A stretch of 50,991 nucleotides of DNA from Eubacteriales bacterium (lineage in GTDB: Bacteria; Bacillota; Clostridia; Oscillospirales; CAG-272): NCBI GenBank assembly GCA_045597185.1, contig JAZODV010000157.1, positions 1 to 50,991 of the forward strand. The letters run 5' to 3'. The notes under the pieces were generated by a model that was not told the DNA's origin, searched no databases, and saw only the letters and a program-made list of their open reading frames with translations. Shown one piece after another: positions 9,477 to 19,935 of this stretch (its first letter is position 1; the number at the start of each line of letters is the position of its first letter). The translations under genes and the position numbers were made by a program.

Positions 9477-10546
9477 TAGTTTATACCTCCGTTGATTTTT
9501 CTGATTTCGGCAAGAACGTCGTCTGCAGTGGGGAGCATACCGCCGGTGCGACCGAAGAACGAAACAGGGCGACGGCACTCGGTTGCAACCTTAACGTCAT
9601 CAACCATCTGTCCCATATTAAGCTCTACTACGAGGAAGTGTTTTGCTGTGTCGGCAGCCTTTGCAAACGCAGCCTTCGGATACGGCCAAAGCGTGATAGG
9701 ACGGATAAGACCGACCTTTATTCCTTCTGCACGAGCCTTTTCGATTGCAGACTTGCATATTCTCGAAGTTATACCGTATGCAACGATAACGATATCTGCG
9801 TCTTCGGTCATAAGCTCTTCGTAAAGAACTTCGTTTTCCTCAATTTTGTTATATCTTTCTTGGCGGGCAAGAACCGAGTTTTCAAGCTCTTCGGGATTTA
9901 TAAAGAGAGAGTTTGCAATATTCTTTTTACGCTTTCCGCCGTGTCCGTTCGTTGCCCAAGTCTTCTCGGGTACTTCACGCTTTTCGGAAAGAGCGGCATC
10001 GAAATCTACGGGCTCCATCATCTGCCCGAGCGCTCCGTCTGCGAGTATCATCGCAGGCGTGCGGTATGTATCGGCAACATCGAATGCACGTCCGACAAGT
10101 GTTACCATTTCTTGTACCGATGCAGGTGCGAGAACGTAGAGATGAAGATCACCGTGACCGTTTGCTTTTGTTGCCTGATAATAGTCCTGCTGTGAGGGCT
10201 GAATTCCGCCAAGACCCGGACCTCCGCGCTGTACGTTACAGATAAGACAAGGAAGATCGGCACCGACAAGATAGCTGATACCTTCACTCTTGAGTGATAC
10301 TCCAGGTGATGACGATGATGTCATTGCACGTACTCCCGATGCTGCAGCACCGTATACCATATTTATAGCAGCGACCTCACTCTCGGCCTGAAGACAAACG
10401 CCACCAACCTTGGGCATACGCTTTGCCATGTATTCTGCAAGCTCGGTCTGAGGGGTTATAGGATATCCGAAGAAATAAAGACAACCGTTGCGTATCGCGG
10501 CTTCGGCAAGTGCTTCGTTTCCTTTCATTAATACTTTGTTAGACAT
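9476..10546 (-). CDS. 2-oxoacid:ferredoxin oxidoreductase, alpha subunit
   Basis: MKGNEALAEAAIRNGCLYFFGYPITPQTE... is the typical alpha N-terminus. 356 aa, SD GGAGGA. Confidence 0.9.
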   Translation of the reverse strand: MSNKVLMKGNEALAEAAIRNGCLYFFGYPITPQTELAEYMAKRMPKVGGVCLQAESEVAAINMVYGAAASGVRAMTSSSSPGVSLKSEGISYLVGADLPCLICNVQRGGPGLGGIQPSQQDYYQATKANGHGDLHLYVLAPASVQEMVTLVGRAFDVADTYRTPAMILADGALGQMMEPVDFDAALSEKREVPEKTWATNGHGGKRKKNIANSLFINPEELENSVLARQERYNKIEENEVLYEELMTEDADIVIVAYGITSRICKSAIEKARAEGIKVGLIRPITLWPYPKAAFAKAADTAKHFLVVELNMGQMVDDVKVATECRRPVSFFGRTGGMLPTADDVLAEIRKINGGIN

Positions 10547-10563
10547 TATAGATCCTCCTTTGG

Positions 10564-10776
10564 TTATACGTTCTTTTCAACCTTGATTACTACATCCGGA
10601 CACATGGAAGCGCACATAGCGCAAGCAATGCATTTTTCCTGATCGGTAATACATGCCGGATGATAACCTTTTTTGTTGAGTGTGTCATTTGAAAGAGCAA
10701 TTATTTTTTTAGGACAGGCTTGTACACACAGTCCGCATCCCTTACAAAGATCAACATTAAATGTAACTTTGTTCAT
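10564..10776 (-). CDS. 4Fe-4S dicluster ferredoxin-type delta subunit
   Basis: Two CxxCxxCxxxCP motifs (CKGCGLCVQACP and CIACAMCASMCP). 70 aa. Confidence 0.88.
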   Translation of the reverse strand: MNKVTFNVDLCKGCGLCVQACPKKIIALSNDTLNKKGYHPACITDQEKCIACAMCASMCPDVVIKVEKNV

Positions 10777-10804
10777 TTGTTTCCTCCTGAAAATATATGT
10801 TTGA

Positions 10805-11497
10805 TTAAAATAATTTTTTCGTGGTGTTGTCCATGAAAAAGAATTTTTTGCTTGGATTCCGCTCAGCGAGCTCTTTTGAAAAATTTGATTTTAAAGCACA
10901 GGTAAACGCTTCTGGAAGAGATGTAAGTTCACAGATGCTTTCCAGATAATCAAAAGAATTCTCAATGTCTTCAAGCGTAGTCTCGGCGCCTATATTGCTG
11001 TTGTTGACGATATGGGTGCATTTTAGACGGGAACAGTATTCTATTTCTTTCACACTTTCAAGCGCAAGCTCAGGCGTTTCCGTCAACGGTCTGTATTTGC
11101 TTACCACGCATAGCATATCGTAACCGATACGATCAAAATCTCGCTTGTATCTTCCAAGTGCGGCCGCACCATTGTCACCGCCAACGTCAAATATTGCAAT
11201 ACTGTCGGGTTCTGTTGCCGATACGAAAACAGACTGTATTTCTGCACTGAGTGAGGGAACATCGACGTTTGTGTTTGCAAACTCCGGATTTATACACGCT
11301 ATTCCGTTTGATCTCAACAGTTCTTCTGCATCGGCGGCTCGAAAATACGGATTGACAATATCAAGGTCGACAAGCGTGACCTTTTTACCCATGTGCTTGA
11401 ATTCAAGCGCTAACGCTACAGAAATGTTGGTTTTTCCCGAGCCGAAATGACCGGTCACTATCACCAGAGGTGCGCTTGGTATATAAGGACAGTTCAT
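10805..11497 (-). CDS. orphan P-loop NTPase (SIMIBI/MinD-CooC-like), first gene of the oxidoreductase operon
   Basis: Walker A GHFGSGKTN, a DxGG-type FDVGGD segment, and SD AAGGAGG. It lies 28 nt upstream of the ferredoxin subunit on the same strand. Confidence 0.6.
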   Translation of the reverse strand: MNCPYIPSAPLVIVTGHFGSGKTNISVALALEFKHMGKKVTLVDLDIVNPYFRAADAEELLRSNGIACINPEFANTNVDVPSLSAEIQSVFVSATEPDSIAIFDVGGDNGAAALGRYKRDFDRIGYDMLCVVSKYRPLTETPELALESVKEIEYCSRLKCTHIVNNSNIGAETTLEDIENSFDYLESICELTSLPEAFTCALKSNFSKELAERNPSKKFFFMDNTTKKLF

Positions 11498-11679
11498 AAA
11501 ACACCTCCTTGGTTAAATTGATTCTATCATTATATCACACTTTATCGAAAAAATAAATAGGTTTTTGAATAATATTTTAGATATTTTTTCTGTTTTTTGA
11601 AAAAAGTATGTTTTTGGTCAAAAATAGAGGAGTGGAAAAAAATGATATAAAAAATAATATAAATAATTTAAATAAGTAC

Positions 11680-11708
11680 TTGGATTTTTTCGAATTGTGT
11701 GATATAAT
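11680..11708 (+). promoter_or_regulatory. putative sigma-A promoter for cdaA (TTGGAT-17-TGaTATAAT)
   Basis: ttggat at 11680-11685 and tataat at 11703-11708. Confidence 0.45.
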
Positions 11709-11726
11709 ATAAAAAATATATCTTGC

Positions 11727-12626
11727 ATGGAGGGCACTACTACGAAAATCAAAGAAATTTTTGCGTCAATCTCGGATTTTTTTGAAGACTTTGTACTTGA
11801 ACCGATGTCGCAATTTAAATTTAAGGATATAATTGACATATTGATCCTCGCGCTGTTACTGTTTTTTGTATATAGATTTATCAGAAACAGACGCGCGGGA
11901 AAGTTGGCGCTCGGAATGGTGCTTTTGATAGGTGTTTTATTGCTTAGCAGCTTGTTTGACATGCAGGCTATAGGGTTTGTTTTACAGAACTTCTATCAAG
12001 TCGGTATTATTGCTATACTGATAGTATTTCAGCCCGAATTGCGCGCGGCTCTCGAGAAGGTTGGAAATACGTCAATAATAACGGGAATAAAGCATATTGC
12101 GTCGGGAGATCGCAAAAATCACGCAAATCAGGTTGAGAATACCGTCACGTGCGTTTGCGACGCGGCGTTTGATATGGCGTCGGAAAAGACAGGTGCTCTT
12201 ATCGTTATAGAACGCACCACAAAGCTCGGTGATTATATCGATACCGGTGTCAAGCTTTGGGCACAAGTGTCGTCTGAACTTCTAAAAAATATATTCTTTA
12301 AAAACGCGCCGCTTCATGACGGTGCAGTCATAATAAGAAACTCGACTGTATGCGCAGCCGGTTGCTTTCTTAGGATTTCCGAGCAGGAAGGGATCGACAG
12401 TGATCTTGGAACACGTCACCGCGCCGCTATAGGAGTTAGTGAGGTCAGTGACGCTATAGTCGTAGTTGTCTCCGAAGAAACCGGAAAAGTATCTCTTGCG
12501 GTCGATTCAAAAATAAAGAGAAATTTTACAAAAAGATCGCTTGAGTCCGAGCTTACAAAATTATTGACGACTACGCAGTCAGCGGTTCTTTTTAAATCCG
12601 ACAAGGAGGAAAAAGGCAATGAGTGA
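11727..12626 (+). CDS. cdaA: diadenylate cyclase (membrane-anchored, DAC domain)
   Basis: N-terminal TM helices plus DAC motifs (GALIVIER...LHDGAVIIR...GTRHRAAIGVSE...VVVVSEETG). Confidence 0.9.
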   Translation: MEGTTTKIKEIFASISDFFEDFVLEPMSQFKFKDIIDILILALLLFFVYRFIRNRRAGKLALGMVLLIGVLLLSSLFDMQAIGFVLQNFYQVGIIAILIVFQPELRAALEKVGNTSIITGIKHIASGDRKNHANQVENTVTCVCDAAFDMASEKTGALIVIERTTKLGDYIDTGVKLWAQVSSELLKNIFFKNAPLHDGAVIIRNSTVCAAGCFLRISEQEGIDSDLGTRHRAAIGVSEVSDAIVVVVSEETGKVSLAVDSKIKRNFTKRSLESELTKLLTTTQSAVLFKSDKEEKGNE

Positions 12627-13710
12627 ATTTGAAGAAAAAATCGCGGAACCGACTCATCACGGAAAGGGAAGCCGCAAATTCGATCTTATAGCACTTATTC
12701 TTTGTCTTGTTATAGCCCTGTCTGTTTGGCTGTATGTTGAAAGTATTAATCAGGGCATTGTAGAGAAAGAAATAATCATAACCTTCGATGCGGAAAAGCA
12801 GATATATGAGGAAACCGGCATGCATATTTTCAGTGGAAATGAGGACATAGATTACTCACAAGTAGAAGTAAAGCTTACTGTTTCGGGTTCCAAAGCTATT
12901 CTTGAAAAATACGATGATGACGAATATGTCGTTGAACTTGATACGTCGGGTATAACACAAGCCGGCGGACGGTACGGAGTTTACTTTAAATACAGACTCC
13001 CTCACGAAGAGATACAGTACAAGTCTATTGTGGCTACTGCGTATACGTCGTCACTTATGCTCGTTGACCACAAAACCGAAAGAGAAGTGTGGTTGACAGC
13101 AGACTACGTTGATACGCCGGCGAAAAATGAAAGCATCGTCGAGTGTATTCCTAAAACGGAAAAAATATTTATAAGCGGACCTGCTTCCATGGTGAATGAG
13201 ATAAGCAATGTTGTTGCGACCGTTAACGTTAACTCCCTTAAGGAAAGCACTGTCGTAAAAAGTAAGAGCTTTGAGTTTTTTGGAGCAGACGGTTCTCCTA
13301 TTTTGCTTAATGGAAGTTATGTTACGCTTACACCTTCAGAGGTTGAGGTTGACGTTGTTATCAAGTATGTAAATGAGCCTATATCTATCAGAGTAGAGCC
13401 TAAAAATGAGACTTCTATCAGCTTCGAAAACGGAGAAGCGGTCGTATTATATTTTGATGGAGATTCTTCTTCCTTCCCGAGCAACGGAGAGATAGTGTGG
13501 AGCATTGGAGAGTTTAATGGCGTGCAGGCAACTGTGTCGGATATTTTAAGCAGCACGGCATTCGATGAATACCGGGACAAACTTTTACTGCATAATCCTG
13601 ATGACGGATCAAAGAAAGTTGTAATAACGAAGATCCAGCTTGAGGATACCAATCAGGGTAACGATACCCCTGCAGGTTCAGAAAACGATGATAATACATC
13701 GGCAAATTAA
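12619..13710 (+). CDS. cdaR: CdaA regulatory protein (YbbR-domain protein)
   Basis: An 8-nt overlap with cdaA, one N-terminal TM helix, and repeated beta-rich YbbR-like modules. Conserved cdaA-cdaR synteny. SD AAGGAGGA. Confidence 0.75.
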   Translation: MSEFEEKIAEPTHHGKGSRKFDLIALILCLVIALSVWLYVESINQGIVEKEIIITFDAEKQIYEETGMHIFSGNEDIDYSQVEVKLTVSGSKAILEKYDDDEYVVELDTSGITQAGGRYGVYFKYRLPHEEIQYKSIVATAYTSSLMLVDHKTEREVWLTADYVDTPAKNESIVECIPKTEKIFISGPASMVNEISNVVATVNVNSLKESTVVKSKSFEFFGADGSPILLNGSYVTLTPSEVEVDVVIKYVNEPISIRVEPKNETSISFENGEAVVLYFDGDSSSFPSNGEIVWSIGEFNGVQATVSDILSSTAFDEYRDKLLLHNPDDGSKKVVITKIQLEDTNQGNDTPAGSENDDNTSAN

Positions 13711-13716
13711 TACTTT

Positions 13717-15339
13717 ATGATTTTTATCTATAGTAACATATCTTTGCCTTTTACAGAAAGCGAAGGTGCGTTTTGCGCTATTGCAAAAAATAAAATGAAA
13801 CGTGCGGCAGGTTCCGCACAGTTTCATTTTTATGTGTACAAAAAGTCGGTCGATGCAAGGCGTAAAGACGATATACGGTTTGTGTGTTCTGTTGCGGCTG
13901 TTACGAACGACAGTATTTCGGAAAATCAGATAAGGCGTATAGCAGAGGCAGGCTTTAAAATAGCAACGCCGGAAGAAGCGCCTGTTGTGAGTGGAAACGA
14001 GTTGCTTGCAGCAAGACCTCTTGTCGTTGGATGCGGACCTGCCGGCATGTTTTGCGCGCTTTCATTGGCAGAACGCGGCTACAGGCCTATTGTAATAGAC
14101 AGAGGCGGAAGCATTGAATCCCGAACCGCAGCTTACCGTAAATTCTGCTCTGAGCGCGTGCTTGATACAGAAAACAACATACAGTTTGGCGCCGGTGGAG
14201 CAGGAACATTTTCCGACGGAAAGCTGACGACAAGAATCAACGATCCTAAATGCTCATACGTATTAAACCGTCTTGTAAAATTCGGCGCGCCAAACGATAT
14301 AACGGTGAAGGCAAAACCTCATATAGGAACCGATATTTTGCAAAAGGTAGTTGGCAATATTATAGAAAAAATAGAAGATCTCGGCGGAAAAGTAATACTC
14401 AATTGCAGACTAAACTCGATAAAAAAGAATACCGACAAAACAGTTACCGCTCACACATCAAAAGGTGATATTGTTTGCGGTTGCGTCGTTTTGGCGACAG
14501 GTCATAGTGCAAGAGATACTTATTATATGCTGATGTCAAGCGGATTTAACCTTGTGTCAAAGCCGTTTTCTGTCGGTGTACGTATAGAACACCTTAGAGA
14601 AGAGCTCGATTTTGCAACCTATGGGAGATTTGCAGGAGATCCGAGACTTGGTGCTGCGGAATATAATTTCTCCGATACAACAGGACGTGGGGTATATACG
14701 TTTTGTATGTGTCCAGGCGGCGAGGTTATCGCCGCCGCTACCGAGGAGGGAGGGCTTGTTGTTAACGGAATGAGCAGAAGAGCGCGTGACGGAAAAAACT
14801 CAAATTCGGCGATTGCAGTAACCGTCAATCGTGAGGATTACGGCGACGATGTTGTCGGAGCTATTGAGTATCAAAGGAATCTTGAAAGACGCGCTTTTTC
14901 AGCCGGAGGAAATGATTACAGTGTACCGGTACAGACAGTTGGAGATTTTTTAAGCGGAACATTTGGAACTGAACCTACAAAAGTACAGCCTTCTTATATG
15001 GGAGGCGGAAGCTACCGCGTTACCGATCTTTCCACTGAACTCCCTAAATATATAGCGTCAGAGTTGAGAAAGGGTATAATATCATTTTCAAAGAAAAGAC
15101 AGGGGTTTGATGCTCCTTATGCGGTTCTTTCGGGTTTTGAGACGAGAACCTCGTCTCCCATAAGAATATTAAGAAATGATGATCTGGCAACCGAAAAGGA
15201 TGATCTGATATATCCCTGCGGTGAAGGAGCGGGATATGCAGGGGGCATAACAAGTGCGGCGGTTGACGGTCTTCGTGTTGCTGAAAAGATCATTTCGCGT
15301 TTCTCGGTTCCCGGAGATGAAATACAGTCAAAATTTTGA
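13717..15339 (+). CDS. uncharacterised FAD-dependent dehydrogenase (COG2509-like)
   Basis: Dinucleotide-binding motif VVGCGPAGMFCAL, plus GAGGAGTFSDGKL and a C-terminal GEGAGYAGGI. About 540 aa, as in the widespread clostridial 'FAD-dependent protein' family. Confidence 0.7.
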   Translation: MIFIYSNISLPFTESEGAFCAIAKNKMKRAAGSAQFHFYVYKKSVDARRKDDIRFVCSVAAVTNDSISENQIRRIAEAGFKIATPEEAPVVSGNELLAARPLVVGCGPAGMFCALSLAERGYRPIVIDRGGSIESRTAAYRKFCSERVLDTENNIQFGAGGAGTFSDGKLTTRINDPKCSYVLNRLVKFGAPNDITVKAKPHIGTDILQKVVGNIIEKIEDLGGKVILNCRLNSIKKNTDKTVTAHTSKGDIVCGCVVLATGHSARDTYYMLMSSGFNLVSKPFSVGVRIEHLREELDFATYGRFAGDPRLGAAEYNFSDTTGRGVYTFCMCPGGEVIAAATEEGGLVVNGMSRRARDGKNSNSAIAVTVNREDYGDDVVGAIEYQRNLERRAFSAGGNDYSVPVQTVGDFLSGTFGTEPTKVQPSYMGGGSYRVTDLSTELPKYIASELRKGIISFSKKRQGFDAPYAVLSGFETRTSSPIRILRNDDLATEKDDLIYPCGEGAGYAGGITSAAVDGLRVAEKIISRFSVPGDEIQSKF

Positions 15340-15436
15340 AATTATAGAATAAATTGAGTTGATTTTTAAGAATTTAAGTGGCATAATGCAGGCAGATGGT
15401 GTATGATGTCAAAGAATAGGAGAAAAACGCCAAATA

Positions 15437-17665
15437 ATGCAAGAAATAAAAAGGAACAAGATTTGGTCGGTAAAATACAAATGTGGAGACAAAGAAAAGG
15501 ACGATGCCGTAAAAGCTATAGCAAATGAGCTTGGATTGTCCGAACTTTGCGCAAGACTTATGTTTAACAGAGGCTTTAAAACCCCCGACCAAGCAAAAAA
15601 ATTTTTCAATAACGAGGAGGCTGTTCTGCATGATCCTTATTTGCTTAAGGATATAGAACCTGCAATAGTCAGAATAAAGCAAGCGGTAGACAATAAAGAG
15701 ACGATAGCAATATATGGCGACTATGACGTCGACGGAGTAACGTCGGTAAGTATGCTTTATCTCTATCTTTCTTCGCTAAACGGTGGAAAGATAGGATATT
15801 ATATACCGAGCCGAGATTGCGAGGGGTACGGACTCTCATGCGCCGCTATAGATAAACTGTTTGCCAAAGGAGTAAAGCTTATTATAACGGTCGACACGGG
15901 AATTACAGCCTACGAAGAAGCTGAATATGCAAAAAGCCTCGGAATAGATATGGTAATAACAGACCATCATGAATGCCGTCCCGAGCTTCCCGAATGTTGC
16001 GCGGTAATAAATCCTCACAGAGAAGACTGTACATATCCCTTTAAAGAACTTGCTGGAGTAGGAGTTGTATTTAAGGTTATCTGTGCATATGAGCTTATGC
16101 TTTGCAGACAAAACGGTGCACCCGATTATTTAGGTATACGCCGTGTATGTAAGGAATATGCAGATCTTGCTGCAATAGGCACTATTGCAGATGTAATGCC
16201 TATAATAGATGAAAACAGACTTATAGTTACATACGGTCTTTCCCTGATAGCCAATACCAAGAGGTTAGGACTTGCCGCGCTTATTGAAGCCGCAAACACT
16301 CCGCCCGCATCGGTTGGCGGTCCCCCTAAAAAGCGTAAGATAACGTCTGGATTTATCGGATACGGTATAGCGCCGCGTATAAATGCTGCCGGACGTATCA
16401 GTACTGCGTCAAAGGCTGTAGAATTGCTTCTTGCGGATACTGAGGATATCGCATGGCAGTATGCGAACGAGCTTTGTGAAATAAACAGACAAAGACAGGT
16501 GGAGGAAAACCGAATTGCCGATCAAGCATATAGAAGGATAGAGAGAGAACTTGATCTTGAAAACACACGCGTAATTGTTCTTGATGACGATAATTGGCAG
16601 CAAGGAATAATAGGGATAGTAGCGTCACGAATAACAGAACGTTATGGCCTTCCTTCGATCCTCATATCCTTCGATGGTACTACAAGAGGCTATCCGAGCC
16701 GAGACGATATCGGAAAAGGTTCGGGACGCAGCATAAAGGGAATGAATCTTGTAAACGCTATGAATAATTGTTCTGATCTTCTCTGCAAATACGGAGGTCA
16801 CGAGCTTGCAGCGGGACTGACTATTGAAAGAGACAAAATTCCTGCATTTACAAAAAAGATCAATGAATACGCAAGAAGTGTTCTTACCGAGGAACATCTT
16901 GCAGTGACACTTGATGCGGATTTTGAGATTTCTATAAAAGAAGCAACTATGGATTTTGCAAAAGAGATATACAAGCTTGAGCCGTTTGGCGTTGCAAACC
17001 AAGTTCCTCAATTCGTTTTGAAAAAATTGAATGTTGATAAGATAGTGTCAATAGGAAACGCGAAGCATATAAAACTTACGCTCAGCAGTGACGGTATTTC
17101 TATTTCTGCTGTGTATTTCGGAATGAATATACTGAAATTTGATGTCAAAGTGGGAGAGGAAATAGATGTTCTTGCAACCTTGGATATTAATGAATATCAA
17201 AATAATAAGAGTGTTCAGTTGATAATCCAGGATCATAAGCTTGCTGAAGCTATGGCAAACGATCAGGAGTACGGAAAAAAGCGCTTTGAAGAAATACGTG
17301 CAGGACAAATGTTCGATGCGTCGGAGGATGTAATACCCGACAGAAATGATTTTGCGGAAGTATATACGGCGCTCCGCCACGAAGCAGGAAACGGAAAAGT
17401 AATTTATTCGGTGAGAGCGCTTATGGCTCTGTTGAGGCAAAACAGGTTAAAAAACAACAGAGTATCACCTTACGCAAACAAAAACCCAATAAACAGCATA
17501 AAGTTAAGATTTATAATACTTATCATGTTTGAGTTGAAGATCTGCGGAGTCGACAATATTCACGATGAGCTTTATGAATTTGATATGTATTTCAACAGCT
17601 CAAAAACAAATATTGAGAAATCTTCTATTCTCCGCAAGCTGAAAGGTCAGTGCAAAAAGGGCTGA
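15437..17665 (+). CDS. recJ: single-stranded-DNA-specific exonuclease RecJ
   Basis: DHH motifs (GDYDVDG, TVDTG, ITDHHE) and the DHHA1 GGH motif (YGGHELAAG). Confidence 0.9.
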   Translation: MQEIKRNKIWSVKYKCGDKEKDDAVKAIANELGLSELCARLMFNRGFKTPDQAKKFFNNEEAVLHDPYLLKDIEPAIVRIKQAVDNKETIAIYGDYDVDGVTSVSMLYLYLSSLNGGKIGYYIPSRDCEGYGLSCAAIDKLFAKGVKLIITVDTGITAYEEAEYAKSLGIDMVITDHHECRPELPECCAVINPHREDCTYPFKELAGVGVVFKVICAYELMLCRQNGAPDYLGIRRVCKEYADLAAIGTIADVMPIIDENRLIVTYGLSLIANTKRLGLAALIEAANTPPASVGGPPKKRKITSGFIGYGIAPRINAAGRISTASKAVELLLADTEDIAWQYANELCEINRQRQVEENRIADQAYRRIERELDLENTRVIVLDDDNWQQGIIGIVASRITERYGLPSILISFDGTTRGYPSRDDIGKGSGRSIKGMNLVNAMNNCSDLLCKYGGHELAAGLTIERDKIPAFTKKINEYARSVLTEEHLAVTLDADFEISIKEATMDFAKEIYKLEPFGVANQVPQFVLKKLNVDKIVSIGNAKHIKLTLSSDGISISAVYFGMNILKFDVKVGEEIDVLATLDINEYQNNKSVQLIIQDHKLAEAMANDQEYGKKRFEEIRAGQMFDASEDVIPDRNDFAEVYTALRHEAGNGKVIYSVRALMALLRQNRLKNNRVSPYANKNPINSIKLRFIILIMFELKICGVDNIHDELYEFDMYFNSSKTNIEKSSILRKLKGQCKKG

Positions 17666-17718
17666 CGCGTGGGCTTTTATGAAATGATTTAACTCCCGAA
17701 TGGAAAGTAGAGAAACTT

Positions 17719-19935
17719 ATGAACAGTGACTTTGGAAATGATTTTAAACAGTTATTGACAACGCTTGTTGCCACAGGCAAGAAGTACGATGTTCAAAAAA
17801 TTGAAAGAGCATATATTGCTGCGGCAAAGCTGCACGAAGGGCAGATGAGACTTAGCGGAGAACCGTATATTTCGCATCCTGTGGCTGTCGCGCAGATAGT
17901 TGCGGGGCTTGAGCTTGATACCGACTCTATATGTGCGGCGTTGCTTCATGATACCGTTGAGGATTGTTCAGATAAGACAAATCTTAATGACATCGAGAAG
18001 AATTTTGGCAAAGATGTAGCGTTGCTTGTTGACGGTCTTACTAAGATAGTCGTTCTTGATATCGACAATAAAGAAGATCAGCACATAGAGAATCTTAGAA
18101 AGATGCTCCTTGCGATGTCTAAGGATATTCGAGTAATACTCATAAAGCTTTGCGACCGACTTCACAATATGCGTACGCTTGGAGCAAAAAGCGAGCCAAA
18201 GAGAAGAATAATAGCGCTTGAAACAATGCAGGTCTATGCTCCTCTTGCTCACCGTCTCGGTATGCAACGTGTTAAGCAAGAGCTTGAAAATCTTGGGATG
18301 CAGTACCTCGACCCGATCGGATATACCGAAGTCAAGGATCACGTTGAAAAGCGTTACGGACAGAATCTCGGATTTATTGAGCATATCCGTGAGGCTGTAG
18401 ATACATCGTTGCGTGAAAATAATGTTAATTTTACTCTTGAAGGCAGAATAAAAACGGTATACAGTATATATAAAAAAATGTATACCCAAAACAAGAGTTT
18501 TGACGAGATATATGACTTTTACGCACTTCGAATAATTGTAGACACCGAACTTGAATGCTATACGGTCTTAGGACTTATCCACGAAATGTTCAAATCTATT
18601 CCGGGTAGGTTCAAAGACTATATTTCAACGCCGAAGCCTAACCTTTACAGATCCCTTCATACAACTGTAATAGGTCGCGACGGTGTACCGTTTGAGGTCC
18701 AGATAAGAACGAAAGAGATGCATCAAATTGCTGAATTCGGTATCGCGGCACACTGGAAATACAAGTCTGGTGAGCGTTCAAAAGACGAAATAGATAAAAA
18801 GCTCGAATGGATAGCAAGACTCATAGAAACAGAAGATGGAACACGCGACCCCGAAGAATTTATGAGCGCACTCAAAACCGATATATATCACGATGAAACC
18901 TTTGTATTTACCCCTAAGGGTGATGTTATTGCCCTCCCAAGCGGTTCGACCGTTATAGATTTTGCGTATTCTATACATTCTGCTGTCGGAAACAAGATGA
19001 TAGGCGCAAAGATCAACGGTATGATAGTTTCTATTGATAGAATTCCGCAAAACGGAGAAATTGTTGAAATACTGACGTCATCAGCTTCAAAGGGGCCGAG
19101 CCGAGATTGGCTTAAGATAGTCAAAACCTCGGAAGCTAGGAACAAGATACGGCAGTGGTTCAAAAAGGAAAAGCGTTCCGACAATATCGTTATGGGTAAG
19201 GCCGCTGTCGATAACGAGCTTCGCCGCTTTGGAACAGCGTACACTGAAGCGCAGAGGAATGAGATAGTTGAAAACGTAGGTAAGAGAACAGGATTTAACA
19301 GTGCCGACGACGTCTATAATACTCTCGGTTACGGTGGACTTGCGGTTTCAAAAATATCAGGCAAACTTCGCGACGAGTTTGAAAGACTTATAAAGCCGGA
19401 ACCAGCTCAACCTATTATAACTGAAGCGGATCAGGTAAAAACCTCTGATATACAAAAATCAGGAAAAGGCCGTAGCGGAGTTGTTGTGGACGGGGCAAGC
19501 GGTTGCTCGGTCAAGTTTGCCAAGTGTTGCAATCCGCTTCCGGGCGACAGTATCATTGGGTTTATTACCAAGGGATACGGGGTGTCTATCCATAAGAGAG
19601 ACTGCCCGAATGCTATTGCGGGCATTGAACATCCCGAACAGGCTGATAGATGGATAAATGCAAGCTGGGAATACAATTTCGACCACAATTCCGAAATATT
19701 TGAGGCTATGGTTCAGATACTTGCACAGAACTCTATAACTCTTATAGCTGAAATAACTATGGCTCTCGCAGATATGAAAGTGTCGATTCTTCAAATAAAT
19801 TCTCAGAAGCGTCCCGATGACAGTATTATTATTAATCTTAAAATCGGATGTAAGAATATAGATCACTATAAATCTATAGTATCGAGACTCAGATCGCTTA
19901 AAAATGTTGAAGATGTAAGACGAGGATTTGCATAA
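17719..19935 (+). CDS. relA: bifunctional (p)ppGpp synthetase/hydrolase (long RSH)
   Basis: HD hydrolase domain (HPVAVA...LLHDTVED), synthetase domain (YRSLHTTV), TGS and ACT-like C-terminal regions. 738 aa. Confidence 0.92.
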   Translation: MNSDFGNDFKQLLTTLVATGKKYDVQKIERAYIAAAKLHEGQMRLSGEPYISHPVAVAQIVAGLELDTDSICAALLHDTVEDCSDKTNLNDIEKNFGKDVALLVDGLTKIVVLDIDNKEDQHIENLRKMLLAMSKDIRVILIKLCDRLHNMRTLGAKSEPKRRIIALETMQVYAPLAHRLGMQRVKQELENLGMQYLDPIGYTEVKDHVEKRYGQNLGFIEHIREAVDTSLRENNVNFTLEGRIKTVYSIYKKMYTQNKSFDEIYDFYALRIIVDTELECYTVLGLIHEMFKSIPGRFKDYISTPKPNLYRSLHTTVIGRDGVPFEVQIRTKEMHQIAEFGIAAHWKYKSGERSKDEIDKKLEWIARLIETEDGTRDPEEFMSALKTDIYHDETFVFTPKGDVIALPSGSTVIDFAYSIHSAVGNKMIGAKINGMIVSIDRIPQNGEIVEILTSSASKGPSRDWLKIVKTSEARNKIRQWFKKEKRSDNIVMGKAAVDNELRRFGTAYTEAQRNEIVENVGKRTGFNSADDVYNTLGYGGLAVSKISGKLRDEFERLIKPEPAQPIITEADQVKTSDIQKSGKGRSGVVVDGASGCSVKFAKCCNPLPGDSIIGFITKGYGVSIHKRDCPNAIAGIEHPEQADRWINASWEYNFDHNSEIFEAMVQILAQNSITLIAEITMALADMKVSILQINSQKRPDDSIIINLKIGCKNIDHYKSIVSRLRSLKNVEDVRRGFA

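Noticed and set aside
8607-10195. Two very long plus-strand ORFs (290 aa at 8607-9479 and 310 aa at 9263-10195) antisense to the oxidoreductase beta and alpha genes.
   Set aside because: The translations are Cys/Arg/Leu-rich with no recognisable motifs, no SD and no promoter context. They lie entirely opposite well-supported, motif-bearing genes, so they are classic shadow ORFs.
11618-11962. A 114 aa minus-strand ORF across the cdaA promoter region and the 5' end of cdaA.
   Set aside because: It overlaps the cdaA TM-helix coding region in antisense, and its low-complexity Leu/Ile/Asn/Ser-rich product is typical of AT-rich intergenic sequence.
17968-18489. A 173 aa minus-strand ORF within relA, and a 183 aa minus-strand ORF (22204-22755) within the Udk-like gene.
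   Set aside because: These are antisense shadow ORFs in AT-rich coding sequence, with no supporting signals.
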